A stretch of DNA of 64,000 nucleotides, from NCBI GenBank assembly GCA_951406725.2, contig OX597832.1, positions 16,182,001 to 16,246,000 of the forward strand, written 5' to 3'. The notes below the pieces were generated by a model. The model saw only the letters and a program-made list of their open reading frames with translations, was not told the origin of the DNA and did not search any database. The DNA comes from Octopus vulgaris. Lineage: Eukaryota. Shown piece after piece: positions 39,214 to 53,416 of the stretch. Position numbers and translations under genes: made by a program. Numbering within the stretch: the stretch's first letter is position 1; each line of letters begins with the position of its first letter.

Positions 39214-42200
39214 GTTTATGTGTGTGCGTGCATATGTGTTTTTCCCTATGATTTCGAAAACTGAGTTGCCGATATTGATGTATGGGCACCAAAAGTTTCA
39301 ATAATATTTTGGCTACCAGACAAACTTCAGTTTTTATTTGCAAATTTGTCTACGTTATCCCAACAACCAGCTATAGTTATTGAAAATACCGAGCTCTCAT
39401 GCGACCAGGTTTCATTTGAACAAAAAAATACAAAGTGTTGCATTACGAGAGTCACGATGCATGAATAATGTTTCTTCGAATTAGTCACTATCATAAAGAA
39501 AGCTGCTTATCATATGTCTATCAAATAAACCATGCTGCTTGCAAAATTCTTTTCTAATATTAAAATAACCTCGGAAACTTATTGGAATCGCACAATTTTG
39601 TTGTCACTTTCCTTCTGTTGTTTCGGTTTCCATCGGTGTTTCAGACATCTGTACAGTTAAAGATATACGTGTACGTAAATAAAATGAGCTGTAGAAAGAA
39701 GAAGTCAAAGCATGTGTGGAAAGTAAAAATGAAGAACAATGTGAGGAAAGGGAGAAAATACAAATGTAGATAGAGACAGAAACACTATCAAGTATAGATA
39801 ATGAATAATGTAATATACATAGGCGATAAAGAATGAATGGTACACAGATACATACATAGTGGGGAAAAGACATATAACAACAAGAGTGTATTATTGTGAC
39901 GTAATAATGCAGGTTGAATGTGCGGTCTTTAAGTATGGATTTGTCTCTTACTTGGTCCTTTAGTAGTTATATTATTTATTGCGCGTATAGTTAATATACG
40001 GTGAATTAATGAAAACTCTATATTGGAGAATCGAATAAGGAAAGCTGTCGAGTCCATGGTGTTGCTTGCGCTTTGAGAAATTCCAGAAAGTAAGAGAAAA
40101 GCAGAAGTTAAGGAACCTGAATGCACTCTAAATTAAATCTATAAAGATAACAGTTAAATATATAAGTGTACGTAAATAAAACATTAACAATTGTCATACG
40201 ATAATAAGCGTGTTTTAATGTTCAAGATAATTATATTTACTATCATGAATATTCTTACTATTGGAACATTGGCCTTCATAACGTGAATTGTAATATAATT
40301 AATATTTAATGGAAAATGGGTTAATGAGAAATACCTTTAAATTATGAAACAATAAAATTATAGAATTCTATTTAAATTCAAATTATCTTTTAGCTTTGGT
40401 GTTGACAATTATAAAATGTTAAACGATATTACTCACCTAGTAATTTGATTTTCAAACATAAGCCTTCATTCAAATAATAGAGAATGAATGCGTGTATATA
40501 AAATGATAATTGGTTCAATATGACAAGAGCAGTAAGAGCACTAACGTTATCGATTGTATTAAAAAGCCAAACTAGCATATTATAGGAACTAAATGCAATT
40601 CACCTTTGAATGTTTTTAGGTCATTGCGCTTTCTCGAATCAAATATAATATCAGAAGGTATCGGTAGCTAGACAAGAGTAACCTGTTTTGTACGTTGGGA
40701 AATATTGCAAAATGATTAGGAAAATGCACAAAACATGAGGAATGATAAGTGATAAGCAGTGTCAGAGAGTGAGTTTGAGAATAGTAGATTAGTGACAGAT
40801 GGGAGTAAAAGTACACGGAACATTATACTCATGGGAAAATATACCTGGAAAATATACAAAGGTGAAATTAGAATATATCTGATGTGGGAATTAGAAGAGA
40901 AACTGGTGTAATTTAACAAATGTAAAAGATATACAAAGACAGAGAGTGACGTAAGATACGGCGAGATTGTCGCTTAATAAATGGCGTATAAAACTATTAA
41001 TTGCTACATAAATAAAACGTAGATTCCTGTATTCAATACTTGATTGAGGACTTAAAACACTGGAAATTTTTGCAGAACTAAAACTTTCCGTTGAACTACG
41101 AAATAGTGGAACATAATATCTCCAGGTTTGTTGAGGAACCTATATTTGTGTTAACCGAGTAAGACTTTACTCCTCTTATATTGAAATGCTAGATAATTTT
41201 GTCTTTTTTCTTTCAATATACGAAGCTAATGAGATATTCCTTCAGTAGCCAGTGTTCCTCGTGTTATGCTTATATATTTTTCGTTTTAATTTTTCTATTT
41301 AAGATTTGCTATCATAGCGATTTAAACATTGGTTGATGAATAATTTAGCTATATCCGAACAGATTAATCTCCGCTACAGTGTAGTATCTGAAAATGTAGC
41401 AGGTCTGTAGTAGATGCTGTGAAAAGTGTACGTCTATGTATGACATTTGTTTTTAGCTCACATTAGAATGGATTTGCTTCAAAGAGATGAGGAACAAGTT
41501 TGGCTTCTTATCATATTGAAGAGGTATGGAGAAAATTCTAACTACCACACATACTGCTAATGATTGTATATCTGAGTGAACATATACTCGACTCAATTTT
41601 ATAAAAGGCATCACTACTATTACGAAATATTATCAACTATTTCGGAATTTGGATTAATGCAAGAACTGGAGTGATATGTTTGTACAGAAGCTGGTTGTTG
41701 CCTCTTCACTTTAGTTCGAGCACAATTGTATGCAGTGCACAGACTGAACTCCTATTATTTAAACAATTGTATTCTTTTAAAAATATTTTCAGGGTTAATG
41801 GTGAATTCTGTATGTTCATGCGGCTAAATTTTGTGTCATGTGTTTACACAATCCAAGTTTTGTAAAACACAACTACACACAATTTTAAAATCATGTTCTG
41901 ATTTTTTACCCACTCTATAGTAATTAATCACATAATAAGTATTAGACGACTCTAATTCGTTGAGGCAATACAGTCCAATGTGATCGATTGCTTCCATGAG
42001 TAATTAAATACCATGCTGATATCGAAGTGGGTTTTGAATCATCGTATAATGAGACAGATTTGTAATCGAAGACTATTGTATTCCCAGTTTATTTTCAATT
42101 CCAGTAGACTAATTCTATATAAACCAAAAAATAAAGCTCTACGCGGGAATTCATGTTGGTGATTAGTCTTTAAAGAGTGTGGGCACTTAGTCATCTGTTT

Positions 42201-42289
42201 ACAAATTTTACTCAATTTTACTCATTGTGAGCGATATACTTGCATATATATTCAATAATAACATCAACAGCAACAACAACTACAACACT

Positions 42290-42618
42290 AATAATAATAA
42301 ATAACCTGATGCACTGCCAGGCAAATGCTCTCATGGCTTTTGATCTTAACTGATTGAACGTTTTATCATGTACATATTTTGCCTTGGTATAAGAGGTGGG
42401 CTACAAGAAATATTCTCCTCAGAATCACAGATTTGCTTGTCAGTTGGTTTAATAATAACAGTTTAGAATGTTTTCTTGGTGGCTAATGTTATGTCCATCT
42501 CTGATCACTACTAGAAGCATGGGGGAAATATCATAGCCATGTGTTGAGAAGAATTATTTGAGGTTTGAACTGTTCACATCTAGAGACATGGATTTTTCGT
42601 TCAACAACCTTAAACAAG
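42290..42618 (+). mobile_element. Dispersed repeat homologous to the 5' module of the R4/Dong-like copy (4735-4915)
   Basis: CTGATGCACTGCCAGGCAAATGCTCTCATGGCTTTTGATCTTAACTGATTG...GGGCTACAAGAAATATTCT...CACAGATTTGCT matches the reverse complement of about 4770-4910. Both follow (AAT)n. Confidence 0.75.
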
Positions 42619-42740
42619 GTGGTGGTGTCGTTGTCGGTGGTGACAGTGATGCTTTTAGTGCTATTGTTGCTGTTATTGATGGTGGTAGTTGTAGTAGTGG
42701 TAGAAATGCTAGTGGTGGAAATAGTAGTCATATCAGAAGC

Positions 42741-42756
42741 GGTAGTAGTAGTAGTG

Positions 42757-42852
<96 letters not shown>
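42741..42852. repeat. (TAG)n/(CAG)n microsatellite
   Basis: Direct reading. Confidence 0.95.
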
Positions 42853-42853
<1 letters not shown>

Positions 42854-43346
42854 GTGTTGTTGTTTTCTCTAATTCATGTCCCAAGAAAACTCTATTCCCA
42901 CATGTAACACTAGTGTTCCATTCTTTACACCTATTGTACCTTTTAAAGTGTAAAAGGTAGCTAAATAATACACCGATTCCACATCACATCCCGAATTTTC
43001 CACAGGCATTCTCACTTCTTTATGTGAAAAATAGGAAGTTACAAGATGCTTGGTATTATCTCTTCACAGTTAACAGTGTTGCATTTGCTAGTTGATAGTT
43101 AGATATGTAATAGAATCACATTGCTTTTCGTGTTAGACGTTTATGGAATTACCTGTGGGAAATTCTTTAGAGACAGAGATTATATTTTTAAAAAAATCCA
43201 TGTTATGATAAGGCATGTATATTTAGAGAAACAGCTGGCATTTACTCTAATTCATGAAACAACTGGGATATACTCACTCTCTCTCTGTTTCTCTTTCTCT
43301 CTCTCTCTCTCTCTTTATATATATATGTATGTATATCTATATATAT

Positions 43347-43380
<34 letters not shown>

Positions 43381-43519
43381 TTATGTATATATATATATAT
43401 ATATATATAATAATGCATATGTGTAGATGTATATACGTATATATATGTATATATATATATATGTATATACATACATACATACATACATACATAGAGATAT
43501 ATGTGTGCAGTCGTGTGTG

Positions 43520-43587
<68 letters not shown>

Positions 43588-46500
43588 TTGCTTATTTGTT
43601 TTCAGCACATAGGAACACTGATACATGCTTATACAAAAGGAGGAGGATGCAAAAGCCATTAATTATTTAATATGCGATATGTATGTACAAGCATTCACAG
43701 TGTACGATCGTTCAACATTTGCCGAAGCATCTTTGCAAATCTGACGTAAAAGTACAAAAGAGCAAGTATACTGTAAAGAGGTTAATTTTATTTGGATTAG
43801 TTTTGATATTGTTTAAACTTGCAGAAGTTTAATCTTTAACATCTGGGATTGAGGAAGTAAATATTTCGAATAATCAAATTAACTCGATTCCTGCTAATAT
43901 GGATTTAGCATTGGAGATGTAGTTCCATTGATAAAGTCTAATAACTGACTATGATGACATTGTGAGCGAAAAATACACATTTTGCTCATTGATTTCTAAC
44001 TTGTGTAACGGTAATAAAACCAAGCCATTCAAATCTAGTTTATGAGACAAATACAGCACAATGTATAGTAGATGAGCTACACGTTTTAATCGATGTGACA
44101 GTTATCGATTTCAAGTTCAAATTCCCGGACGAGAGGTGATAGTGGAAGAGCAGAAATTGATTAGTGTTATTTTACTCCATCGCATACGTATCGCTATGTT
44201 CGTGCAACTGCGTATACCTATATCTATGTTTTTCTCCGTGCGTATATGTATCCGTGCATGTCTATGTGCGTGTATGTAGCTTCTGTGTTATATAGAAATG
44301 TATATGTAAATGTACATGTGTGTATGTATGTATGTATGCGTTTGTGTAGGCACGTATGAATGTATCAACGTAATTATGATATAGAGAAGAGTGCAGCTAA
44401 TTTCCACACACATTACGCTTACTAATTTTCAGTATAGTGTAAATAAAGCGAAGAGAAAACATTACAAAGAACAGAAAAAATTAAAAATCAAGATAAAAGA
44501 AGAGAACAAAAGAAAAAGAAATAGAAAACCCAAGCTATTTAAACCTCACTAACTGAAAATTAAATTTTAAATATCATTCGTTGATCTGCCTTTAATTAGC
44601 TTTTCTCTTAGCTCTGATTCAAAGTAAACAGTATTTTTTTCTTTCTTTATCTCAAAACTAACAGCTGCGCTCCTTGGCATATCGATGAAAGAGTTGAACG
44701 AAATTATTGAAACGTTATTTAATTTTCCTGCCACAAAATTCACATTTCATTTGACGTTGTTTTCAGAAATGTTATCCCGCAGCTGAGAAGTAGCGGAGGC
44801 AATAATCCATTTCCGATGTGTTTTAAAATGCTATTTCCTGGTTCTATTTTCTGTTCTATGTAACATTACCATACGTTAGTTCTTGCTATGTCGATTATTT
44901 ATATATGTATCTCCATATCTCCTCGGAATGAACTTAATGGAATACGTGTGAAGGCGTATAAATTATACAAGCTTATTATTACTGCTCTGTGGTGGTAATA
45001 TTTAGCTAAGGGTATTTGTACGCGAGCTCAGATTCTTGGGAGTTTGAGATAATTAGTATTTGGAAATTCTGTGTTTTTCTTCTATAATGGAATGTTTATT
45101 TATTTTTTTCATGTAAGACATGTTAATGCACTATTCATGAGATATATTATTGCTCCATCTGATGGAGCAATAAAAAGATGCTTCAAGTGAAGCCCCTATT
45201 TATGCTCTTCATATTTATACGACTATTGTAGTCATACCTTTTATTGTCTATGTTTGACTATATATCAGTAGTTATGCGTATGTGTGAACGAATGTGTCCG
45301 AAAATAATGTTAGCTCGATTATACATGTCTATATTAAAACCATATTCATTATGGTGGATGGTTTTTCTGCAACTGTTGTAATATACGTAAGTGTATTACT
45401 TTTTTACGATGTTAGGTAACGCCCACCGTCCTTGTTCGCAGCGTGTGCAATATATTTTCGAAAAGCAACTTATACACGACTACTATGGCGCTCTCTTACA
45501 AATCCGACAATTATTAATTTCTCTACGCGGTGTAGTCTCTACTGATAACATACTTTTTAAAAACGATTAAGAAAACGACAGGATTTTGTCGACGTCATTC
45601 TAATTGCATAACTAATACAATGTGTTGGAGATGCGTTTCAGCAGAATACAATAATATACAAAACACAAACGACGATGTTAGTTCGACATCAAAAATATAT
45701 GGAACATAACATATTTGCTCAGTTGTTGAATGCCCTATGTTGCGTGCGAATATTTGATGAAATTATGTACTATTGGCACAGCAATTATTTCCCATTTAAC
45801 TACTTGTTTCATACACAGTGTGTTAGACAAATGTGCTTTGCTTGTTAGTTTTCCTAATTGACATATTGATCTACAATGCAATGAGAATGGGGAAATATAT
45901 TACTAAACCGTTACTTGCCCAATAGCTCGTAATAAGATATTTTAACCTCAGCAGTAACAAAATTCGTTTTAACTGATAATTATAAACAACTGTTATATGG
46001 CTGTTTATATATATTTGAGTCGATAATTCGTTTTACAGTGCTTAGCGCATGTCATATTATGCGTTTGGTTCATTAATTAGGAACAATGCCGTAGCTTAAT
46101 ATATGAGGTGAATGAAAGAAATAATTTATCAGTAAACGTATTACGAATAATTACTTCACTGTGTGAGTAAGCGCTGTTGTTTGAGATATAATGTCTATAG
46201 ACCAGGAGGATAAGAAGCACACTGTTGTTCATGCTATATGTGAGAATTTTCCATGGAACGTTGGTGTGGATATTGTATGTGTACGAGTTTGAAATTTATA
46301 AAATGATTATCAATTTTACCTAGACAAATTAATATTTAGAACTTCTACATCGAGCTCGAATTCCGAAATTCAGTAGCCGCATACATCTCTTAAATTTGGA
46401 TAAGTATTCCTTATATACGCGCATTTGTTATCTAAATTTTAATAATCATTACTGCAATATAAATAAGAAAAACTAGTAATTTGGCTTATAAGTAGAGATG

Positions 46501-47559
46501 AATTATAGGGATTAACGTGTGTCCATATATATACCGTCTATTTTCATTCACAAGCGTTGTATCGACCTAAAGTTATGGGGCAAAAAGACAGTAGTCTATC
46601 GCGCCAAGCAATTGTATCGAACCTTTTATGCAATAATAGCAAAGCGTATATCTTTCAACTGTTGGTTCTACTTGTGTTTATTAATGCACATAATGAAATA
46701 GAAAATAGATTTAATGACGTAGATATCACGATTTGAATATGTTCCCATCTCCTTAAGCTCGACCAGACCAGATAATCATATTTAATGTTATACGAATCGA
46801 TAAACTTATACATATTTAGAAACCTGTTGATTTATAAGTGACAATTACACAATGAAATCTACATAACATAAACTTTCATATAAAAGTTAATTAGTTCTAC
46901 AATAGAAAACATATTCTCACAGGTACTTCAACTTACAAAATTGACAGAAAGCATATATATTCATAAACTTGAATTATAGCAATTAACTTTCATCGTATTT
47001 TAATAAATTACGAATAATTATTTCCTGAGTGTATAATTTTGATTGTGCGTGTCTGTGAATGTGTTATGCTATTTAAAATTTGTACAGGGAATATTGTTAT
47101 AGGTAATATGATAATTTATAAACAATAATCGAAATAACAGAAATATGTAAATTCTAACCAATAGATTGAAAGGCAAATTGCATATGTTGTAGTGCATGCA
47201 GGTTACGACCTCCTTTCACAAATGAATCATAGTTGAGAAGTGTCTTGTGACGTTTGACGAATTAAAAGCCATTATCTTTTAAATAGCTGCGAGAGTTTAG
47301 CAATAGCTTTCTAGTTCAACCAAATACCATTTATCAAAAACGGAATGTGTGCAGGAGTGTTCACATATGTGCCGAGTTCAGACTCAGTTTCACACTTAGC
47401 ATGAAATAAAAAGAAAAGAAAAGAAAATATTCCATCCAATATTCGAAGTAATTTTTTAAAAAATTAAAAACATTTTAATAGTTAATATTAGGCGAAACAT
47501 GTTACTAAAATTAATCTCCCCCAGCTTTCAATACAACAGTAGAAACGACATTGAAGCCC

Positions 47560-47830
47560 GATTTCAATCGTTACAGACTGTGTCCATCTGAACAATTTCT
47601 GACGCCACCGTGTTATGTACCAACAGTACAACTTGGTCTTGCAAGCAATGCGATTGTTTGGTGACTTTCTCAGCCATTCCCCACGCAGAGTAGTCCATAC
47701 GGATTGGTTTATAACCTTGGGGTTTAAGAGGGCTGAAACTATGCCTGGTGATGTTGTAGACAAACCACTGTTGATCCTTCCAAATGTATGACAAGAACTG
47801 AATTCCTACATCCAGGCATATGCCCTTCGA
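47560..47830 (-). mobile_element. Degraded Tc1/mariner (DD37D-like) transposase C-terminal fragment
   Basis: ORF 47564-47794 SPLKPQGYKPIRMDYSAWGMAEKVTKQSH resembles WPPxSPDLNPLDYxxWGxxE. Confidence 0.45.
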
Positions 47831-49300
47831 TTAATAAACCTTTCCAGCTAGGAATTCAACACAGTATCCAGCAGATTCACGTTTGTGGTTGAATTTTAGC
47901 TTTGTAGTTGTTAAATGAATTCTGGTTTGCATATTGAGTCAGAAAGGCTGATGTGAACGTCTTGCTAGTCAAAGTTTCGTACACTTGTTGCAACTCGCCT
48001 TGTTACGTCTTACAGCTCTTATAGTGTATTCAGAGTGCATTGAGCATCGGTCAGGACCTTGGCATTCTGGCACTCAGATTGAATCATTATTATAGAGCTA
48101 CATCCTTACCACTATTCAAACGGTTTCCAAACCTCTATGTCAACAAACATCTCAACTATGCATTTTCATTTTGTGCTCTCGAACGCCGTCGAATGTTCAG
48201 CAATACATTACGATGTTCCTGAAAAAATAAACGAGTCGTAAAATTCATCAGATTTACCCGAACACTCTGTACGTTTGATGTGTTTTCTCTCAGTAATTTT
48301 AGCATATATGTAAGTGTAACGATGCTTAAAAATACGTATTTAAAATAGCTTTAATACAATGCTCAGCACAAATATTTTTACATATAATGCATATTTGCTT
48401 TAAGTACGCTCGCACGTCTGTTTGTGCGTGTATATATGTTCTGGTGTGTGTATGTTTATGTGCTAGAGTAAGTGTGCGTATATATTGTTCGTATATGTCT
48501 TACATATTTGTTCGTTTTATGAAACTTTCATGCCTAATCAAAAGATAACGAAATGATGTGCTGGAAGCATTGATGCATAAATTGCATTCATATAGAATTA
48601 ATAAGGCAAACACAACAACGTACCAAACCAGACATTTATAATACTTTATATACAGGGGAGAAATAAATAATATAATTCTATTTAAGTTCTTAGAATATTT
48701 TGGAATATATGATTTTATATACGAGAGCAAAGAGATATATGTGGGGGAATATAAAAAAAAAAAACAAGAATATAGAGAAATAGCAATGCTGAAAATAATA
48801 AGCAATACATTCATAAATTACTTACGGACGGAAATATTCAAAAAGGAATTATACCAAATAACACAATACTTGAGAATAAAATGAAGATGGAAAAAGGAAA
48901 AATCAAATATAAAATCATATAACCAGAAAAACCTAATACTTGCATAGGCATATCCCTCTTTCAATTTGTATATAATAGACACATGCATAAGCACATACTC
49001 ATAGTGTATCCCAAATATACACTGACGGAAAGGCGTATGTACACAGACCTAATCAGGAAAGCAAATAAGGGGAAATAAGTATTGCAGAGGAAATTGCAGT
49101 CAGACAAGTAATTCCTTCCAGGAAATTATACTAATAGGAAATAACATGTTACAATTTATTTTATTTTATTTCGTTTTTATAGACATTGAGTTACTAGGTT
49201 TAAGTCTGTGTTATAGCTACGTTAAAGCTCTTTGTGAAAGGGGAGAATAATTATGTCATGAGGTTCTGAAGAACTTCTTTAACTAATAAATATACGCGTG

Positions 49301-49331
<31 letters not shown>

Positions 49332-49453
49332 GTGTGTGTATGTGTGTGTGTGCGTGTATGTATGTATGTATATATGTATGTATATATATATATATATATT
49401 GTTATCTTTCGGAATGGTCATTTTGCCAGTTTAGCCAATAAATCTTGCACAAC

Positions 49454-49493
<40 letters not shown>

Positions 49494-49566
49494 GTGTGTG
49501 TGTGTACATGTGTATATGTGTGTATATCTGTCTATCTATTTCTCTCTATATATATGTAAGTATATT

Positions 49567-49600
<34 letters not shown>

Positions 49601-50220
49601 TGTGTGTGTGAGTGTGCATGTAAGTGTGTGTACGTGAATCTGCGTACGCACCCATGCACGCACTAGGTTTCACTGAACAGATCATAGGGCGAGCAAAATA
49701 CGATAATGGAATTAGGTCAAAACGCTCCACACATTTCTTCCTGTCGTGCTAGGTCATATGTCTAACATATGTTTTTGTTCGGCGTTTGTGACTGCAGTTG
49801 CAGGATACCCAAACGTTAGGTCAGATTATCCCTTCTCCTCCTAAAATAAGCTGTCGACACAGGCACTGCTGGTAACGCTAAAATCTGATTTTCTTTTTGT
49901 TACAATAATGTTAGCATGAATGTCGTGAGGTGCGAAAATCTTTTCAGCAAGGGATTGATAGGACGACGTTGCCAGAGTTTCGTAATTTTCGGAAGAAATC
50001 CCTGCTTGTTACCTTTGAAATTTTCTTCCAACAAACACATGACAGTTTACTTGGAAGCAAACACGATATTTATTAATGAGGGTAGAAATTGATTGGCGCA
50101 AAATGTCACAGGTTTAATATAATTCATTCATAGTCATCTTACCCAATTCTTCAGCATACCACAAGTGTGCAGACACAGACACACAGACACACACATACAC
50201 ATACACACACTCATATATAC

Positions 50221-50317
<97 letters not shown>

Positions 50318-50562
50318 TTTATATATACACATACCTATACACACATATACACATGCATACTTACATACATACATATGTGTGTGTGTATATACATAGGCTA
50401 GTTTGCATAAGTATATGATTTTGTTGTTCATATGAGAATTGTTTTTTACGGTAGCGTTTTTTCTTGACGATAATATGTAAAAATATACGTACACATTTTA
50501 CATTATTTACATTATTGACGTTTGGCGGATATTTGCCCTCAATAAGAAGGAGGAGGGGGGAG

Positions 50563-50588
50563 AGAAGAAGAAGAAGAAGAAGAAGAAG

Positions 50589-50620
<32 letters not shown>

Positions 50621-50791
50621 GAAGAAGATGAAGAAGAAGAAGAAGAAGAAGAAGAAGAAGAAGAAGAAGAAGAAGAAGAAGAAGAAGAAGAAGAAGAAGA
50701 AGAAGAAGAAGAAGAAGAAGAAGAAGAAGAAGAAGAAGAAGAAGAAGAAGAAGAAGAAGAAGAAGAAGAAGAAGAAGAAGAAGAAGAAGAA
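50563..50791. repeat. Long (GAA)n microsatellite, about 76 units, two interruptions
   Basis: Direct reading. Confidence 0.97.
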
Positions 50792-50920
50792 GGTCGAAAA
50801 ATATCTTAGGAAGGATAACCCAGGTTTGAAATTTCCCCAAGACACTTGATGAAGGTTGGAGGGTATATCAGCCGAAACGTTGTGTTAACAACAACCAAGA
50901 TGAGGACAAATATTCGTCAA

Positions 50921-51029
50921 ATATCCCCTTGAAAGCACTGGTTCTCGTCCGATCACCGAAGTTAAGCAACATCGAGCCTAGTTAGTACTTAGATGGGTGA
51001 CCGCTTTGGAAACCTAGCTGCTATAAGCA
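50921..51029 (+). pseudogene. 5S rRNA-derived sequence, missing about the first 10 nt
   Basis: TTGAAAGCACTGGTTCTCGTCCGATCACCGAAGTTAAGCAACATCGAGCCTAGTTAGTACTTAGATGGGTGACCGCTTTGGAAACCTAGCTGCTATAAGCA matches metazoan 5S rRNA including the internal A/IE/C boxes. Solitary copy, not in an array. Confidence 0.93.
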
Positions 51030-51108
51030 TTCCCTTCTTTCTTTTTCAGTGGTGGTGCCCCAGCATGGCCGTGGCCTTCGGGCTAAAACATTTTTAAGGA
51101 TTTAAGGA
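50921..51108 (+). mobile_element. Candidate 5S rRNA-derived SINE (SINE3 type) with LINE-like 3' tail
   Basis: 5S head, pyrimidine linker, GGTGGTGCCCCAGCATGGCC..GGCTAAAAC (51051-51089, homologous to the LINE 3' end), then (TTTAAGGA)2. Confidence 0.75.
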
Positions 51109-51984
51109 AATTTAATTAACATACATAATGTATATAATTCCTCATCCCTTAAATATAGAACTGAAAAAGTATACGGTTATGCCATTCTCTTGATTAGAAA
51201 CACAATAAATTGAGTATCGTATCACGTGCATGGATGAAATGCGCTGAAAATTGCTAGTGTACATTTCTATGCAGCATTAACAGGTAGATGTAAGCATGTA
51301 GGTGCTCCTAGTGCTCTTGATGAAAATTCACACAATTCAGTTTTCGTTCAAACAGGTTCCCGTCTCTCGATTACAAATAGAAAGTCACGCTAGAAATGGC
51401 TGCACTGGCTGCTCTTTAACCACATCATTTAACATTATCTACCTGAAGATACCAAGACTACTTCACTGATGAAATTATACAGAGATTCTCCATTCGACTG
51501 GTGAAATACAGATCGTGATACAAAGTGCAAAACCTACATGGCCTTTTGAGATATGGTGCAAATTTTATGTTTATACGGACTCAAGCTTTCCTCACCCGAA
51601 CTTGTTCCTTTAACGATATCTTATTTACAACCAGTTTGTGGCGTAAAATGCAACAACTTGCGTGATATTGACCCATATTCTATTTACCAGACTCAGTATG
51701 AACAGCGGCGCTTTCTTATAAAAATAATTAAGCCGCTGGCCTGTATGACTGTCTTCTTCCTTGGTTCTGACTTGGAAGTATATCGATATTAAATGTCATT
51801 CAAATCTCCTTGTATAAATCCTTCTACATTAATTGTATTGACAACGTTTATATCAGTTCGTCTACAGACAATGCAGTCCTTCAGGAACATTTTCTATGCC
51901 ATTATATATTGTAACAATGACTACATATCATCATTACGCCTGGTTTTGGCACACCACCTGTCATCATTCGCACTTTAACACAAT

Positions 51985-52015
51985 GATCATCATCATCATC
52001 ATCATCGCCGTCGTC

Positions 52016-52047
<32 letters not shown>

Positions 52048-52100
52048 CATCATCGCCGTCGTCATCACCATCGTCATCTTCGTCGTCGTCGTCGTCGTCA
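51985..52100. repeat. (CAT/CGT)n trinucleotide tract
   Basis: Direct reading. Confidence 0.9.
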
Positions 52101-52544
52101 TTATCGTTATCTCTTTCAAGCATATTTTGTAGGATTCTAGTAGAATACAATACAGCATTAAGTTGCAGATACGCATGCTATTATATTTCAGTTTGTTATA
52201 TAGCATTTTGACTCTTCTGGCAGGTCTCACAATTACCAAGCGGACAATTGCCAACATAGACTTCCACAATATCTTCAAGTCCCTGGCTACGTTCTGATCT
52301 TACTCAGTTTTATGAAATGCTTCAGTTTCTACTTTATTGTGATATAAGATTACAAAGACAATAAACTAAATCAACTTTTATTTTTCTTTCTGTCCTCTGC
52401 AAACATATTTACTTTTGTTACTTCGATTCTAGAATCAATTGTTATGGAGAAAATCCTTAAACTTGTGTAATTCCTCCAACACATACTCTGAGTAGTATTC
52501 GTAGAATGCTACTAATGGTTTCAATGACTGAACTGACGTGGGAG

Positions 52545-52722
52545 TAGTTTAGTCGATTCTCTTGCCTTCAGTACTTTATTTGTGCACTATTTAATCGACT
52601 CCTTGTTGGATGAATTACAGAGTTGATGCCGATTGTATTTGAAGTCAGAACGGAAAAAATCTGTAATCAATTACTCGTTCGATGCGATTCCGGCGGTCTA
52701 ACGATTGTTCATGCCTCACCTC
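52545..52722 (-). mobile_element. Old degraded Deu/Nin-type SINE copy
   Basis: TTAATCGACTCC..GGATGAA...TTTGAAGTCAGAACG...CTAACGATT..CTCACC is colinear with the reverse-complement family consensus. Confidence 0.55.
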
Positions 52723-53354
52723 CTAAACCTTACAGGTTTATCAGTTTAATCAAGATAAGACACAGAAACCCAATCGCATAACCATAGCCCCAAGAACGAC
52801 AAATGCTTACTTTCTATTTGTCTCCTACACCTACTCAAATAATATTTGTATGTTATTTGTATACACTGCTCTTTGATTGACATTAAGCTTCAGAAATTTA
52901 GATAATATGATTCATGTATGTTTTGATAAATAGCTCTTCTGTTCAAATAATAAAGAACGCTACCAAAGGAAGTTCAAATCGTAATGAATACTCGCGAAAT
53001 ACATTGCACACAATCAAAGTTTCGGAAACAGGAACCGCTTAGAAAATGTTATCGATCGTATGAGCTATGTTAACTAAGTGCAAGTCTATAATTGAGGTAA
53101 TAAAGGAAAGGAAGTTTGTATTAATGAGAAACGATCGAACGTAAAAGCGGTTATTTTAATATCAACCCAATTGATATTATCTTATAGATAATATCACATA
53201 GATAAAAATCCCGTCGCTTAATGATAGTTCACATAAAAACGATGTAAATCTTCTGTATATACTTCAAAGCTCTTTTTCACCTCGAAAGGAAAATTAGAAA
53301 GAAGAGAAAAAATACATTCACGGAAACACATCAAATCACAAATTATCTCCGTAT

Positions 53355-53416
<62 letters not shown>

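Larger units (their letters stand above)
50800..51163 (+). mobile_element. Penelope-like terminal repeat fragment interrupted by the 5S-derived insertion
   Basis: Hammerhead-like GACAC-TTGATGA-A-GGTTGG..TCAGCC-GAAACGTT-GTGTT at 50841-50886. GAGGACAAATATTCGTCAAA matches an inverted copy at about 50500-50540. Confidence 0.5.

Noticed and set aside
44766-44863. Acceptor-like TTTCAG followed by a short open frame
   Set aside because: No convincing donor and no recognisable peptide.
50921-51029. Functional 5S rRNA gene
   Set aside because: The 5' end is missing, it is solitary, it carries substitutions, it is nested in a repeat and it is fused to a LINE-like tail.
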